64,000 bases of DNA from Eledone cirrhosa (GCA_964016885.1 OZ024753.1:11594001-11658000), one strand, 5' to 3'; counted from the stretch's first letter, positions 13,931 to 27,247 are shown. Numbers and translations are program-made. The notes: generated from the sequence alone by a model not told the origin.

Positions 13931-14657
13931 ATATAGAAGGTCCCATACTATAATATATTCTACAAATCTGTAGAAGGTCCCATACTATAATATATTCTAC
14001 AAATGTATAGAAGCCCCATACTATGATATATTCTACAAATCTATAGAAGGCCCCATACTATAATATATTCTACAAATCTATAGAAGCCCCATACTATAAT
14101 ATATTCTACAAATCTGTAGAAGACCCATACTATAATATATTCTACAAATCTATCGAAGCCCCATACTATGATATATTCTACAAATCTCTAGAAGGCCCCA
14201 TACTATAATATATTCTACAAATCTCTAGAAGGCCCCATACTATAATATATTCTACTAATCTCTAGAAGGCCCCATACTATAATATATTCTACAAATCTAT
14301 AGAAGGCCCCATACTATAATATATTCTACAAATCTGTAGAAGACCCATACTATAATATATTCTACAAATCTGTAGAAGACCCATACTATAATATATTCTA
14401 CACATCTATAGAAGCCCCATACCATGATATATTCTACAAATCTATAGAAGCCCCATACCATGATATATTCTACAAATCTATAGAAGCCCCATACTAAATA
14501 TATTCTACAAATCTGTAGAAGACCCATACTATAATATATACTACAAATCTATAGAAGGTTGCATACTATAATATATTCTACAAATCTATAGAAGGTTGCA
14601 TACTATAATATATTCTACAAATTTATAGAAGGTTGCATGCTATAATATATTCTACAA
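13931..14657. repeat. 36-37 bp minisatellite, about 20 copies
   Basis: Unit catactataatatattctacaaatctatagaagccc(c). Confidence 0.92.
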
Positions 14658-14794
14658 GTAAATGCATATAAATTGCATGCATGATGCACCTCTAGGAATT
14701 TTTGTTGTATAAATACGCGTATATACAACTAAGGCACACACACGCTCAAATGTACACACACCCATACACATACATATACACTATTATTAAGATT

Positions 14795-14905
14795 AAAATC
14801 CCGCCGAGGTTAACTTTGCCTTTCATCCTTACGGGGTCGATAAAATAAAGTACCAGTAATGTACTGGGGTAATTGCTGGCCTTGTGCCAAAAGTAGAAAC
14901 AATTA
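14795..14905 (+). mobile_element. tRNA-derived SINE, 5'-truncated
   Basis: Core and 3' tail of the same family. Confidence 0.85.
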
Positions 14906-14968
14906 GTAAGGTTAAAAAGTGAGTCTTGTTAATCTGGAGTTTCGCCTGTTTCTTCAGATTATATTGCC

Positions 14969-15062
14969 TGGATCAGAGGATTATATATATAGGATCAGAA
15001 AGATATATATATATATATATATAGGATCAGAAAGATATATATATATATATATAGGATCAGAA

Positions 15063-15109
<47 letters not shown>

Positions 15110-15116
15110 ATCAGAA

Positions 15117-15201
<85 letters not shown>

Positions 15202-15293
15202 ATCAGAAAGATATATATAGGATCAGAAAGATATATATATATATATAGGATCATAAAGATACATATATATAGGATCAATATATAGGATCAGAA

Positions 15294-15300
<7 letters not shown>
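14969..15300. repeat. Compound repeat ggatcagaaaga-(TA)n
   Basis: About 11 units with variable TA spacers. Confidence 0.85.
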
Positions 15301-15345
<45 letters not shown>

Positions 15346-15485
15346 ATACTTTGGGAGGGTCATGTTGCCAATAAGAAACACACGCACCAGTTGCTTTCAC
15401 TTCAATTTATTATAACAAAGTACAACAATATCGGTTTCAACACACGATTTCAGATAAAGAATCTCGCTAAACAAATTCAGAAACG

Positions 15486-15526
<41 letters not shown>

Positions 15527-15529
<3 letters not shown>

Positions 15530-15979
15530 GGAAAGTTATATTTAAATTGTTGGGTTAACAACGAGTAAATATTTATAACTGATATAAAAGCACTCAACAA
15601 GTATTTGGAGTATATTTATGATATTAAATAAATGGAAACTATATTTATAAAACCATATTTATTTCGTTATATATATTTCAGGGATATCATATTAACAATA
15701 TGTTATGCCATCTTCAGACAAAATACAATATAAACAGTCTTATAAATAAATAGATACGACATACCTTTCAATCACCTTGCATTTGTGAGGTTGATTTGAC
15801 TGCCAAATCAACCTCACAAATGCAAGGTGATTGAAAGGTATGTCGTATCTATTTATTTATAAGACTGTTTATATTGTATTTTGTCTGAAGATGGCATAAC
15901 ATATTGTTAATATGATATCCCTGAAATATATATAACGAAATAAATATGGTTTTATAAATATAGTTTCCATTTATTTAAT

Positions 15980-15985
<6 letters not shown>
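15527..15985. mobile_element. Fold-back hammerhead element (family A) with perfect 182-bp inverted arms
   Basis: 15617-15798 is the reverse complement of 15804-15985; loop actgc; (TA)n on both sides. Confidence 0.85.
15877..15942 (+). ncRNA. Type I hammerhead ribozyme (mirror copy at 15660-15725, minus)
   Basis: tattttgt CTGAAGA tggcataacatatt-gtt-aatatgatatccct GAAA tatata TA acgaaata. Stem I covaries with other family A copies. Confidence 0.75.
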
Positions 15986-16016
<31 letters not shown>

Positions 16017-16087
16017 AGCATCAGATATATGTATATATATATTTATATTTATATAATTATATAGGATCCGAAAGATATGTATATAGA

Positions 16088-16430
16088 ATCAAGCGTTTGA
16101 GGACAAATGCATGAGAAAAACTTCTCCGTATTTCCTATTGAGAAAGTAAAATCAATGAATAGGTACGGAGTAAGTTTAAAAGATGTGTGGGTCAACAGGA
16201 AGCTCTCCTCGCTACTGTCAAGAGTAGGTAACTGGCTTCGTTTGGCCAAGTCACACGACATGACAGCCACTGCAAGACCATCATGCAGAGCACTGTTGAA
16301 AATGGACCCAGGAGGGGACGTCAGCGCAGAAACTGGTTGGACAATGTCAAAGGATGAATGGAAATGGCGACACCAGATTTGTTCTCACAAATCGAACGTG
16401 AGGCTACATATGAAAACACATATCTGAGTC
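16088..16430 (+). pseudogene. Decayed 3' fragment of a different RTE-group LINE
   Basis: With frameshifts and stops: IQAFEDKCMRK/LLRISY*E..NE*VR...LLATVKSR*LASFGQVTRHD..KTIMQSTVE..RRGRQRRNWLDNVK. Confidence 0.7.
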
Positions 16431-16526
16431 AGGAACGAGCATAATAAATAGTTCCTCGAGCTGATCGGTAGTGAAACATGTAATATGGAATTAAATACTT
16501 ATATGATGCACTACTGATTCATTGTT

Positions 16527-16607
<81 letters not shown>

Positions 16608-16645
16608 TATATATATTTATATATATATATTTATATATATATATT

Positions 16646-16678
<33 letters not shown>

Positions 16679-16732
16679 ATATTTATATATATATTTATAT
16701 ATATATATATATATTTATATAGAGAGAGAGAG

Positions 16733-16998
16733 GTAGAACACTGGAAGGTAATATCCGTAGTGGTAGAGCACTCAGTCCATGGGACGAGTTTGGTAGAGGT
16801 GGAAATACAACAGTTAGTTCACCATACCGAGAACAATTGTTTCACCTTAGCGGATCTTCAGCTCTGACAGGTCATGGTTAAACGGAACAGGAAGAACAAC
16901 GGTATACTTCCTGTTCCGTTTAACCATGACCTGTCCGAGCTGAACATCTGCTAAGGTGAAACAATTGTTCTCGGTATGGTGAACTAACTGTTGTGTTT
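16733..16998. mobile_element. Fold-back hammerhead element (family D)
   Basis: Arms 16803-16894 and 16904-16998. Consensus ccgag CTGAAGA tccgctaaggt GAAA caattg TT ctcgg (16935-16974 and mirror). Flanked by (GA)n/(TC)n/(TA)n. Confidence 0.75.
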
Positions 16999-17028
16999 CT
17001 CTCTCTCTCTCTCCCCCTCTATCTCTCT

Positions 17029-17064
<36 letters not shown>

Positions 17065-17117
17065 ATTTAAAACTTCACTATTCACAAGTGTTTTTTAAGC
17101 TTCATATCATGTATCCC

Positions 17118-17188
17118 TATTTTATCTGATGAAAACGCAGATATCATCCCATGATGATATTTGTTTTTGAAATGCGCATAATAAAATA
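17118..17188 (+). ncRNA. Type I hammerhead ribozyme, intact core, palindromic stem III
   Basis: tattttat CTGATGA aaacgcagatatcatc-ccat-gatgatatttgttttt GAAA tgcgca TA ataaaata. Confidence 0.85.
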
Positions 17189-17226
17189 CTTGAAACTCTT
17201 TTAACCATCTTTTGATCTTATATTAT

Positions 17227-17252
<26 letters not shown>

Positions 17253-17258
<6 letters not shown>

Positions 17259-17432
17259 TCTACAGGACCAGAATTGTTTCCTTCGGGAGAAATCATCAGG
17301 AAGCCCAATTATTTCTCCCGAATGAAACAGTTCCAGTCCTGTAGAAGCCATTTCTATATTAATATTTATACTCTACTTTGTATTGAGTACCTTACTTACT
17401 GTGGTTATCCCCGACTCAACCCGGGATAAACT
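17253..17432. mobile_element. Fold-back hammerhead element (family C)
   Basis: Minus 17255-17305: ggcttc CTGATGA tttctcccgaag GAAA caattctggtcctg TA gaagtc. Inverted arm and tail follow. Confidence 0.75.
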
Positions 17433-17467
17433 TATATATATATATGTATTTAAATGGTAAACAGAAA

Positions 17468-17651
17468 TAACTGTTTCTATATTAGGCACAAGGCCAGCAA
17501 TTACCAGTACATTACTGGTACTTTATTTTATCGACCCGGTAAGGATGAAAGGCAAAGTCAACCTTGGCGGGATTTGAACTCAGATCGTAAAGGGACGTAA
17601 CTATGCTTCAAAGCATGGTGTCCGACTCTCTACCGATACTGCCAATCCACC
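17468..17651 (-). mobile_element. tRNA-derived SINE
   Basis: Same family. Confidence 0.9.
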
Positions 17652-18867
17652 AACAACACAATCGGTACAGTATATGGAAGGAATATATTAGATTAACGCT
17701 TGAAATAGCAGGAAGTGGGTCTTAACGATTCGGACGCTAGTCCTTCATCTGAAGAAAGAATGAGAAATTAAATAGTTTGTAGGGACGAGCATGGTGAAAT
17801 TGGAAAACATGTGTTTAGAGAGAAAAAAACAGGTCTATTCGTGTTGCCATCTCTTGGAAAAAAAAATAAATATATTTCATTAAATGTAATTATTTAGGTA
17901 TGGTCATATGTTTTACAACTCACACAGTACATTTCCCCTGAAGTAATAAAGGGACGAACATCTACAGAAACGTTCTGTCTGCTGGAAGTAAATTCCAACT
18001 AAAACCACACTGGGAAGATTGATACATAAATCTAACTTAAGTAGATAAAACTATGAATGATAAGCATATGAAAACAAAAAGATATATAACAGTCAATTAC
18101 ATGTGTGTAATTCATTGTGGGTTCATGTCTTATATTTCCTGTTCTACCAACTACCATTTACTCACATTAAGCAAACCCACCATTTTATAATTTTAAAGTG
18201 TTGCTATTTGAATATTTGAATAACACCCTCCAGCAAATCAACAAACTTACCACTAGAGAAAAGTGTTCAGCTATTATAATATAATTTCTATCGATATAAA
18301 AATGAATTCCCAGCCATTGCAAATGACATAAACAGGAACCATTGAAGGAATATCCACGGAGATTGACAATAATATATATAGCAGTAAAACCTTGTTAAAA
18401 TAACACGCAGTGTTCTATTATATATAACAGAATCCATTAGATAATGATGTCCTCCATTCTCTGACAGGATTTTCATGACCGGAATGCCATTGATGTTACT
18501 GAACCGGAGATGATTTGAGGGCTATGAAACAACAATACGCGTCACACGAATTGCTAGAAGTAAATGTTAGATTGTTACGGTTGATTACAAAGAACTTATG
18601 AGCTTCGTGTTAAAAAGCCACCGAAAGAATGTCCAATGTGTGACCACTGTTTTTATTTGTTTATAGTTTGTTGTAGTCGTTACGGCAAATACTTGCATAG
18701 ATTTATACAGGTTAATGTGAGGGTGCACCTCAAATGAGGTCTCCCTTTCACAGACACAGAATGGATAGAAGACGAAGGTGACCTCGGCGGAATCTAAACT
18801 GAGAGCACAGAGAGCAAATAAAATACAACCATTTGATTTATATGAACCTGTCTTTCGTATTATTTGA

Positions 18868-19445
18868 GGGGTGGGGTGGATTGGCAATATCGGTAAAGAG
18901 TGGGACACCATGCTTTGCAGTATAGAGATACGCCCCTTTACAGTCTGAGTTCAAATCCCGCCAAAGTTAACTTCGCCTTTCATCCTTATCGGGTCGATAA
19001 AATAAAGCACCAGTAACATACTGGGGTCGATTTAATCGACTTTCCCCTTCACCCAAATTACTGGCCTTGACTTTGCCTTTCATCCTTACGGGGTCGATAA
19101 AATAAAGTACCAGTAATGCACTGGGATAATTGCAGGCCTTGTGCCTAAAGTAGAAACAATTATGTTAAACAACTTGCTAGATTTGTTAGAGACCTTGTGA
19201 TTACTACTTTATTATAGGACAGTGGATTAACAGCAATCGGTAGAGCGTTGGACAACATGCTTTGTAGCACAGAGTTAGGGCCCTTTACGTTATGAGTTCA
19301 GATACCGCAGAGGTTAGCTTAGCCTTACATCGTTACAGGGTCGATATAATAAAGTACCAATCACGCACTAGGGTCAATTTAATCGACTCGCCCCTACCCC
19401 AAAATTGCTGAACTAAATCCACCGCCAAAAGTAGAAACAATTATT
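18868..19445 (+). mobile_element. tRNA-derived SINE copies (18868-19162 composite; 19220-19445)
   Basis: A and B boxes and core; variant with gtcgatttaatcgac. Confidence 0.85.
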
Positions 19446-19679
19446 TCAGTAATATCTGTACATTATTTGTGTGAGTACACCTAAAACTAGATGCCATATG
19501 ACAGAACATGTCTACTCATAATTATATATCTTCTAATACTTTCAGAAACCACCTTTTATTAATGGCTTCATAAATCTATGTATAACTGTCAGGTATCAGT
19601 TTCCCTGAGGCCAATTTTTTTATGTAGAGCGAATCTACTTATTAAACCCAATTACAATTTCTGCTCATTATCTAGGAAC

Positions 19680-19911
19680 GTGTGTTGGACCTCCGTCTGA
19701 ACTACGACGATTTTTACAGTTGACGTGAACGGTAGAACAGCATACTCGGGAATTTTACATACAAGTAACTGTACAAGTACAGAAAATGGTGCACTTTTAG
19801 GCTACGGCCAGCCTCACGAATCTGTAAGATGACCTGAAGAAGCAATACCTGTGCTTTGATGGTTTTTTTAAGTGGGGAAAGGTCTTGCCCTTGAACAATC
19901 CCACTCTCTGA

Positions 19912-19912
<1 letters not shown>
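19680..19912 (-). mobile_element. RTE derivative family 3, 5'-truncated
   Basis: Minus strand reads tcagagagtgggattg...ctttccccacttaaaaa...cacaggtattgc, the same UTR core as families 1 and 2, followed by a different 3' part. Confidence 0.6.
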
Positions 19913-19946
<34 letters not shown>

Positions 19947-19948
<2 letters not shown>

Positions 19949-20151
19949 GGAACGAGGAGGACCCCGACGGCTGAGCTCAAGGCGTTTCGACGGCTAATTC
20001 TGGACTAGAATTAGTCCAGAATTAGCTGTCTAAACGGCTTGAGCTCAGCCGTCGGGGTCCTACTCGTTCCTATTACCCACTCTACTACCCTAAGTATTGA
20101 GTACTTTGGAGCGTTATGGTCCACCTGGTTCCTTACCACTTTTCCTTCGTT
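19947..20151 (+). mobile_element. Family B hairpin element
   Basis: Same structure as 6703-6908; loop tagaatta. Confidence 0.8.
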
Positions 20152-20170
20152 ATATATATATATATATATA

Positions 20171-20298
20171 TATTCATTAGTTAAGCAAAACAAGACCATA
20201 AATTTCACAAGGAAGACATTATTAAAATATGTTGACAATCTTTTAATAATGTCTTCCTTGTGAAATTTGTGGTCTTGTTTTGCTTAACTAATGAATAT
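20171..20298. repeat. Fold-back inverted repeat (about 57-bp arms)
   Basis: tattcattagttaagc...attaaaa / ttttaat...gcttaactaatgaata; adjacent to (TA)n. Confidence 0.8.
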
Positions 20299-20490
20299 TT
20301 CCAGTTCTGCGCGCCTAACTTCTGCATGAACCCAGCCATCTAGCTGCTTTCTACTGCATATTGCACATTGAGCACATGCCTTTACGTTTTGGTTTCTAAC
20401 TAATTCACCAATCTCCATCTCTCTCTTTAAGATTGGTTACTCTTGAACTCTGTGTGTATATATATATATGTATATATATATACATGTATA

Positions 20491-20546
<56 letters not shown>

Positions 20547-21064
20547 AGTATGTGTGTATATATATGTATATATGTATTTCTAATCCAACATTTCATTCAC
20601 AGTATAAACCGATACATAATCCAGTGGGTGGTAAGTATCATTCAAAGACATTCCCATCTTGCCGCCATGTTCTTTTAAAGTAATATCACATTTACTACCT
20701 GATAATTAGTCTCGAAACAGCAGTAAATATCCATTTTATACAATGAATTGCACCTGGCCTGCAGCTACCGACACCGACACCTTTTGATTTGTTTGAAGTA
20801 AACGTTTAGCCTATCGTATAATCAATTCTTGTAAATTACTCAGAAACACCATTTTGTTATATCAGCAGCAAGACAGATAATTGATGCATAACAATTCTCA
20901 TTTGTTGGTGTATTCTGAAGTTGTGCATCTCTCATTAATCTTGTGCTGCTCAGCGGAGGAACTTTTAAGTACATAGATTTAACGAAAGTATTCGGAAAAT
21001 TGCAAAAGGCAATGCAGTGAACCGATATATCATTTCATGTCTCTCTCTCTCTATATATATATAC

Positions 21065-21197
21065 GTTATTCCGGGTTGAATCGGAGGTAACCACAGTAAG
21101 TAAGGTACTCAATACATTGCAGAGTATAAAAGTTTCTGATTCCTGATGATTTCTAAAGAATGAAACAGTTCTAGTCCAGTAGAATCTCATCTATATT

Positions 21198-21200
<3 letters not shown>
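21065..21200. mobile_element. Family C element with hammerhead at 21138-21186 (+) and inverted tail
   Basis: gattc CTGATGA tttctaaagaat GAAA cagttctagtccag TA gaatc. Confidence 0.7.
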
Positions 21201-21249
<49 letters not shown>

Positions 21250-21290
21250 ATGTATGTATTTGTATATATGTATAAATATATATATATATA

Positions 21291-21485
21291 ACGAAGGAAA
21301 TGTGGTGAGGAACCAGATGGACCATAACGCACCAAAGTACTCAATACTTAGGGTAGTAGAGTTGGTAATAGGAACAAGTAGGACCCCGACGGCTGAGCTC
21401 AAGCCGTTTCGACGGCTAATTCTGGACATGAGTCCAGAATTAGCCGTCGAAACGGCTTGAACTCAGCCGTTGGAGTCCTCCTTGT

Positions 21486-21490
<5 letters not shown>
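21291..21490 (-). mobile_element. Family B hairpin element
   Basis: Reverse-orientation copy; loop atga. Confidence 0.8.
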
Positions 21491-21540
<50 letters not shown>

Positions 21541-21945
21541 TTTGTATGTATGTATAAATATATATATATATATTTATTAAAGTAACAGATTAAAGTTTAA
21601 GCAAAAAATCGGTGCTTTCACCCTTAACGGGATCGTCTGAAACTAATTGGATTTTAGTCTTCAAATTTATTATTATATATATATATACATAAACACATAC
21701 AGAGCATTCGTTTACATGTGGTAGTAATAGAAATCAATAGATAATATGGAGAATGTATATTTTTGTATCAACTGGGAATCAGCATCAATTCCAGGACTCA
21801 GCCTTTCTAATTAAGACATTTATCACACTGATAGAATTTAAAACATTCCAGTGTCTATCGAGAATGCTACAAACATTCCTTTATGGCCATATGATTATAA
21901 CACTGCAAATAAATGTGGTATGGAAAACATCACCCAGGTACATAT

Positions 21946-22127
21946 TTAATTGTTTCTACTTTTGGCACAAGGCCAGCAATTATTCCAGTACATTACTGGT
22001 ACTTTATTTTATCGACCCCGTAAGGATGAAAGGCAAAGATAACCTCGACGGGATTTGAACTCAGACCATAAAGGGACGTAACTATGCTACAAAGCATGGT
22101 GTCCAACCCTCTACTGATACTGCCAAT
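21946..22127 (-). mobile_element. tRNA-derived SINE
   Basis: Same family. Confidence 0.9.
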
Positions 22128-22929
22128 GAGCAAGCTCTATCATTACATAGCCTCGCTAAGAAAGAAAATATATTGTTCTCTCTTTTGCTCTGTGAACATA
22201 TCACAAATATTTCAATACCCATTCAAAATGTCAGACAGCTATTTCAAGATTCATTAATGTCTCACCAGCGACATTTACAATGTCTATTTAGATATGTATG
22301 ACAGGTTCACCGAGGAAACTCCATCCATCTCATTCTCTCTTTTCTCTTCTCTCCTTCTATATACCCTTCTTATTTGTCATCTCATGCCTTAGAATCTTCT
22401 TTTGTCTCCCGCTCTGTTCAATATATGTTTATGTCAAAACCCGATTTTTACTATACATATAGTATTCAGCTTTTGACAGCGACTCTTCGCTGGAAATTCA
22501 TAGACACTCATCACTTCAAAGAACAATAATTTTTTTCTATAACGAAAATATATTTTTCTCTTTGACAACGAGGCTTTGAAGTGTTAGTTGAATATAAATA
22601 TATAGTATATGCTTTCATATACACCCTTATTATTCTTAACGTTATGTTAGTGATTCTGTCAATTAATTACATGCCAAGTTCGTACTATGTGAAATGCACA
22701 TTTCTAGTTGATGATTTCTATTTGTTGTATGCAAATGGACATCTCCAGCAATAGCTCATTACGCAACCTCTACATATGTCCCAGTCTATTTTCATCTCAG
22801 AAGCGATGGAACAAATATATTTGGTATTGTTTGAACCAGAATATAATGCATTCAATTGTTTTCTCACCCATTGACTAACAGCAAGCAGAACTAACGGTGG
22901 GATTGTTTGGTCTCTCATTCCGTTTATGT

Positions 22930-23090
22930 TATTCAGCTTAGAATTATCTGCGAAGACTATTATATTACCATATTTGGTGATGTTTAATATGTCATGGATG
23001 TAAATAATGAAGGAAACTAGTCCAACGCAGTGCCTTGTGGGATAGCATCAATAATGTTGCTGAGCTTGTTATACTAATTCGATCAACATG
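22930..23090 (-). pseudogene. Decayed CR1/Jockey-like RT fragment
   Basis: Minus strand with a frameshift: AIPQGTAL/LVSFIIYIHDI..ITKYGNIIVFADNSKL, resembling GVPQG..FIIYINDI..FADDSKL. Confidence 0.55.
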
Positions 23091-23152
23091 TTAGGTTCTG
23101 TTCAGCTTGTGTGTGTCTATATATATATACATACAGAGAGAGAGAGAGTGAG

Positions 23153-23196
<44 letters not shown>

Positions 23197-23734
23197 TTTG
23201 TATGCTGTATATGTCGACCATCTATTTTTGGCCAAAAAAATCAATAACGTATAATATGGTTTGTGATTAGATCGATCATCGTCTTTTGAGGTTAGTGAAA
23301 TAATTATTTATGGGAGTAAAAATAATTCGCCATAGCTAATGGCGCCATCTGTTGGCGAAAGGTGCCAATGATCTCCCATTAGGGTGGTTACTCATTACTC
23401 TGTGTCTACACAGCTGTATGTTTAGGTGAGCATGTTTACATGACTATAACATCTTTCTCTTCTGATCAATGAATGTCTCGTCCATTTAATGTAATATCTT
23501 GTGCGAGACCCCATACGACAGTCCATTTTGAAATCACTTTTACACTGACAGTAAATGAGTGTCGCTACTGCCACCTATGAGCTTTAAATTGAACGTAGTC
23601 GATATTTATGCAGAAAAGTCCCATGTGTATAAACAGGTTAATGTTTTCTAGTTTCAACCTGTTTTGTAATATGTACAAAATAAAATGAGTATCCCGCAAC
23701 TTCAACTAACTTACACTCCGCCTTTTGGTCCCGG

Positions 23735-23900
23735 GTGGCAGGGCGGAGAATACATTTCCACGGAGGATGGTGAGGGGGATGCGACGGAACAGCCACTACA
23801 TCTCACAGGGCTAGCACTTACAGGCAACCAACTCCACTTCGATAGAAGTGAGCAGGGATGTGTTCTTGGGCTGGGAACTAACGCTAGAGGTTTCCACTTT
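23735..23900 (-). pseudogene. Second, more decayed copy of the CRE-like endonuclease fragment
   Basis: Alternative minus frame: VETSSV..TSLLTSIEVELVACKC*PCEM*WLFRRIPLTILRGNVFS, aligning with 55330-55483. Confidence 0.7.
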
Positions 23901-24613
23901 ACCATAAACATATCAGAGAACTGTTGACGCTATCATTCTAGTACATACGTGAAATATGCGCTTATAAATTTGCATTATTTAGGTAAGAATTTCTTAATAG
24001 ATGGCATAAAAAGTGTAGTGTACATATATGTTTTCTCTCACAGATTCACTGTGAATTGCCGCAATGCTTTCAACTGATTAAAATAAAAATTATTTCAGGT
24101 CAGACAGCAATTTTAAAACTTGCTGCAGTCTCAGATTCTTTCTTTCCTAATTTTACTTCGCAATAGTTTATGCTACATTAAACTGTACAAAATACTGCTC
24201 TCAAAAACAATCTGGGAAAAAATGTATACAATTTAAATATTCCCAAGTAATTCAATAAAAACGGCAGTAGATGGATTGATGTTAGTATTAGTCGGAAATA
24301 GTATGAGCTGTTGAGAACTATGTCTAGCCACGTTGAATATATGGCTACATTGTTGAAAATATGGCTACAATGGCGAAGTAATTTTATCCAGTCTAAAAAA
24401 AAACAACGTTTTTCTCGTGTTAAGGCGGTTTACGGTATATCAAGGTGTAATTTCGAGCGTGATTATATAAAATAACATAAGCGTTCACATCTAATATTTA
24501 AGCTATTGGAATCTGTACAGTAATTACACACTGAAGGTATTTTCACAGAACTATGCATTTCATTTCTAATTATATGAATCGTTGGCTTTAACACGTAACA
24601 AAATGTATACACG

Positions 24614-24655
<42 letters not shown>

Positions 24656-24666
24656 ATATATATATC

Positions 24667-24727
24667 AGTCCAGAATTAGCCGTCGAAACGGCTTGATCTC
24701 AGCCGTCGGGGTCCTACTCGTTCCTAT
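24667..24727 (+). mobile_element. Family B single arm
   Basis: gtccagaattagccgtcgaaacggcttg...ttccta between (TA)n. Confidence 0.75.
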
Positions 24728-24740
24728 ATATATATATATA

Positions 24741-25195
24741 ACCAAAAGTTAAACAAGGTTCATTGATTAATCAATGAACATAGTTTTACAATAGATTAGA
24801 AGCACTCAACAGTGAAGTTTTCTGGAGTTATTAATATTAATTCAAAATATTAATAAATATAGACATTCATGCGATCAAATATATTTTATTATATATATTT
24901 CAGAGGTACTGTGCTGTTTCCTCAGTACGTCCTCATCAGATAAAATAAATTGATGTCTGACATACCTCAACTGTGCTGATGGTTCAATTCCAGTCTTGGC
25001 AGACTGGAATTGAACCATCAGCACAGTACCTCTGAAATATATATAATAAAATATATTTGATCGCATGAATGTCTATATTTATTAATATTTTGAATTAATA
25101 TTAATAACTCCAGAAAACTTCACTGTTGAGTGCTTCTAATCTATTGTAAAACTATGTTCATTGATTAATCAATGAACCTTGTTTAACTTTTGGTT
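24741..25195. mobile_element. Fold-back hammerhead element (family A-like)
   Basis: 24741-24916 is inverted at 25019-25195; central hairpin 24970-25027; (TA)n flanks. Confidence 0.85.
24882..24947 (-). ncRNA. Type I hammerhead ribozyme, intact core
   Basis: Minus strand: tattttat CTGATGA ggacgtactg...cagtacctct GAAA tatata TA ataaaata. Confidence 0.8.
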
Positions 25196-25212
25196 ATATA
25201 TATATATATATA

Positions 25213-25418
25213 TAGGAACGAGTAGGACCCCGACGGCTGAGCACAAGCCGTTTCGACGGCTAATTCTGGATTAGAATTAGTCCAAAATTAGACGTCGAAA
25301 CGGCTTGAGCTCGGCCGTCAGCGTCATACATTTTCCTATTACCCACTCTACTACCCTAAGTATTGAGTACTTTGGTGCGTTATGGTCCACCTGGTTCCTT
25401 ACCACATTTACTTCGTTA
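25213..25418 (+). mobile_element. Family B hairpin element
   Basis: Same structure as the other family B copies. Confidence 0.8.
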
Positions 25419-25594
25419 TATATATATATATATATATATATACTAAACTTACTACTTTGACGCTAAATTCCGAGAGACATTTTTTTCCACATAGCTTCAT
25501 AATGTGAACTTATGGACTGGACTTGATCTTTGCTCTTTAAACTCTGCTGCTCGTGATCGAACTTTGAGGAGAACATATATATATAACCAAATTA

Positions 25595-25634
<40 letters not shown>

Positions 25635-25865
25635 TATAGAAAGAGAGAGAAAGAGCGATATATCGTATAAGAAGCACGGTATATTATATATATACCAAAT
25701 AAATATTCTATAGAAGAATATGTAGACAGGTGATTCATAAGTGAAACCTTACAGCGCTATTTCATACATAACATTTTGGCTCAAATTCAATCTATGTAAT
25801 CGATCATCGAAAAAAATCAATCAACACAATCTATCATCGAAGACGAACTATCGATTATGATATAT

Positions 25866-25913
<48 letters not shown>

Positions 25914-26506
25914 TCTCCGACATGTGATAACAAATGCTAAAGAGCTTTTAAATTTATATATCTATTTGATGTTAATACATGCTAAATTTTGTAAAATTAC
26001 TTTTCTCCTTAAAAGATTATCAGACCAATATCCAGAAAATACTATTGGAATGTCTGAATTAGTGACGAAAACATTCGAAATATCATGATTTATGAGATTA
26101 GTAAAGAGCTCAATGATGAAACGGCATGTGAAAGGATATATAGGCAGGGGAAGGAGTGTTGTTCCAATTTTGGAAATGGAAATGCAATCTAAAGGTTAAG
26201 CAAGAGAAGGTCATCCAAATAGTATAACTTTAGCTCCGTTGCATTGGGAGCTGTTTGTCTGTTTATTTCACTGCCTCAATGTCAAAGTATATATTTCAAA
26301 ATATCTATATTCGGACAAAAATAACAATAATGAAAATTAAACTCAAATTCCAAAACCATTCCGAGATTTGATAATCTAATGATTCTATAAAGTTTGAAAA
26401 GATAGATACTGGAGTCGAGAGGATCAATTAGAAATCTCCTCCAGTTTCGGCTTCAACATAATCGTAGCCTCTTTTCTGATACTAGTGAAAGAACAGTAGG
26501 ACACAA

Positions 26507-26571
<65 letters not shown>

Positions 26572-26610
26572 AACACACGCATATATATATATATATATAC
26601 AAACACACGC

Positions 26611-26641
<31 letters not shown>

Positions 26642-26662
26642 CACACACACAAACACACGGAC

Positions 26663-26700
<38 letters not shown>

Positions 26701-27116
26701 GAATATATATATATATATACATATATATACAAACACACGAATATATATATACATATATATACAAACACACGAATATATATATATATATATATATATACAC
26801 AAACACACGCATATATATATATATATATGGTGAAAAATGGAACGGGAACAAAACAGAGGCAGTACGAACATGTGTGTGTGTGTATATATATATATATAAT
26901 ATATATATATATCTGTGTATATAATCAGAATGAAAATCTGAAGGCAAGGTAAAATTCCAATCATTTATTCACGACACATGTTCCAATAAGAGATAGATCG
27001 ATTGTGAAGCCATGATCGATTATCACTGATCTGATCAGGTGAAAATGAATTGTCTTCATATTCGTGATATGAGGGAGAAAAAAATAACGATGTTCTCTCA
27101 CAGAATTCATTCCCTC

Positions 27117-27175
<59 letters not shown>

Positions 27176-27198
27176 TGTGTTTGTGTATATATATATGC

Positions 27199-27247
<49 letters not shown>

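Noticed and set aside
13025-13953. Arg/Glu/Lys-rich and Leu/Ser-rich ORFs (also 41255-42280)
   Set aside because: Polypurine/polypyrimidine low complexity.
13931-14657. 36-bp repeat array as CRISPR
   Set aside because: Contiguous tandem units with no unique spacers, no cas genes, eukaryotic context.
22150-22574. Possible MITE with imperfect TIRs (gcctcg...aaaatata)
   Set aside because: Weak TIR match, no clear TSD, single copy.
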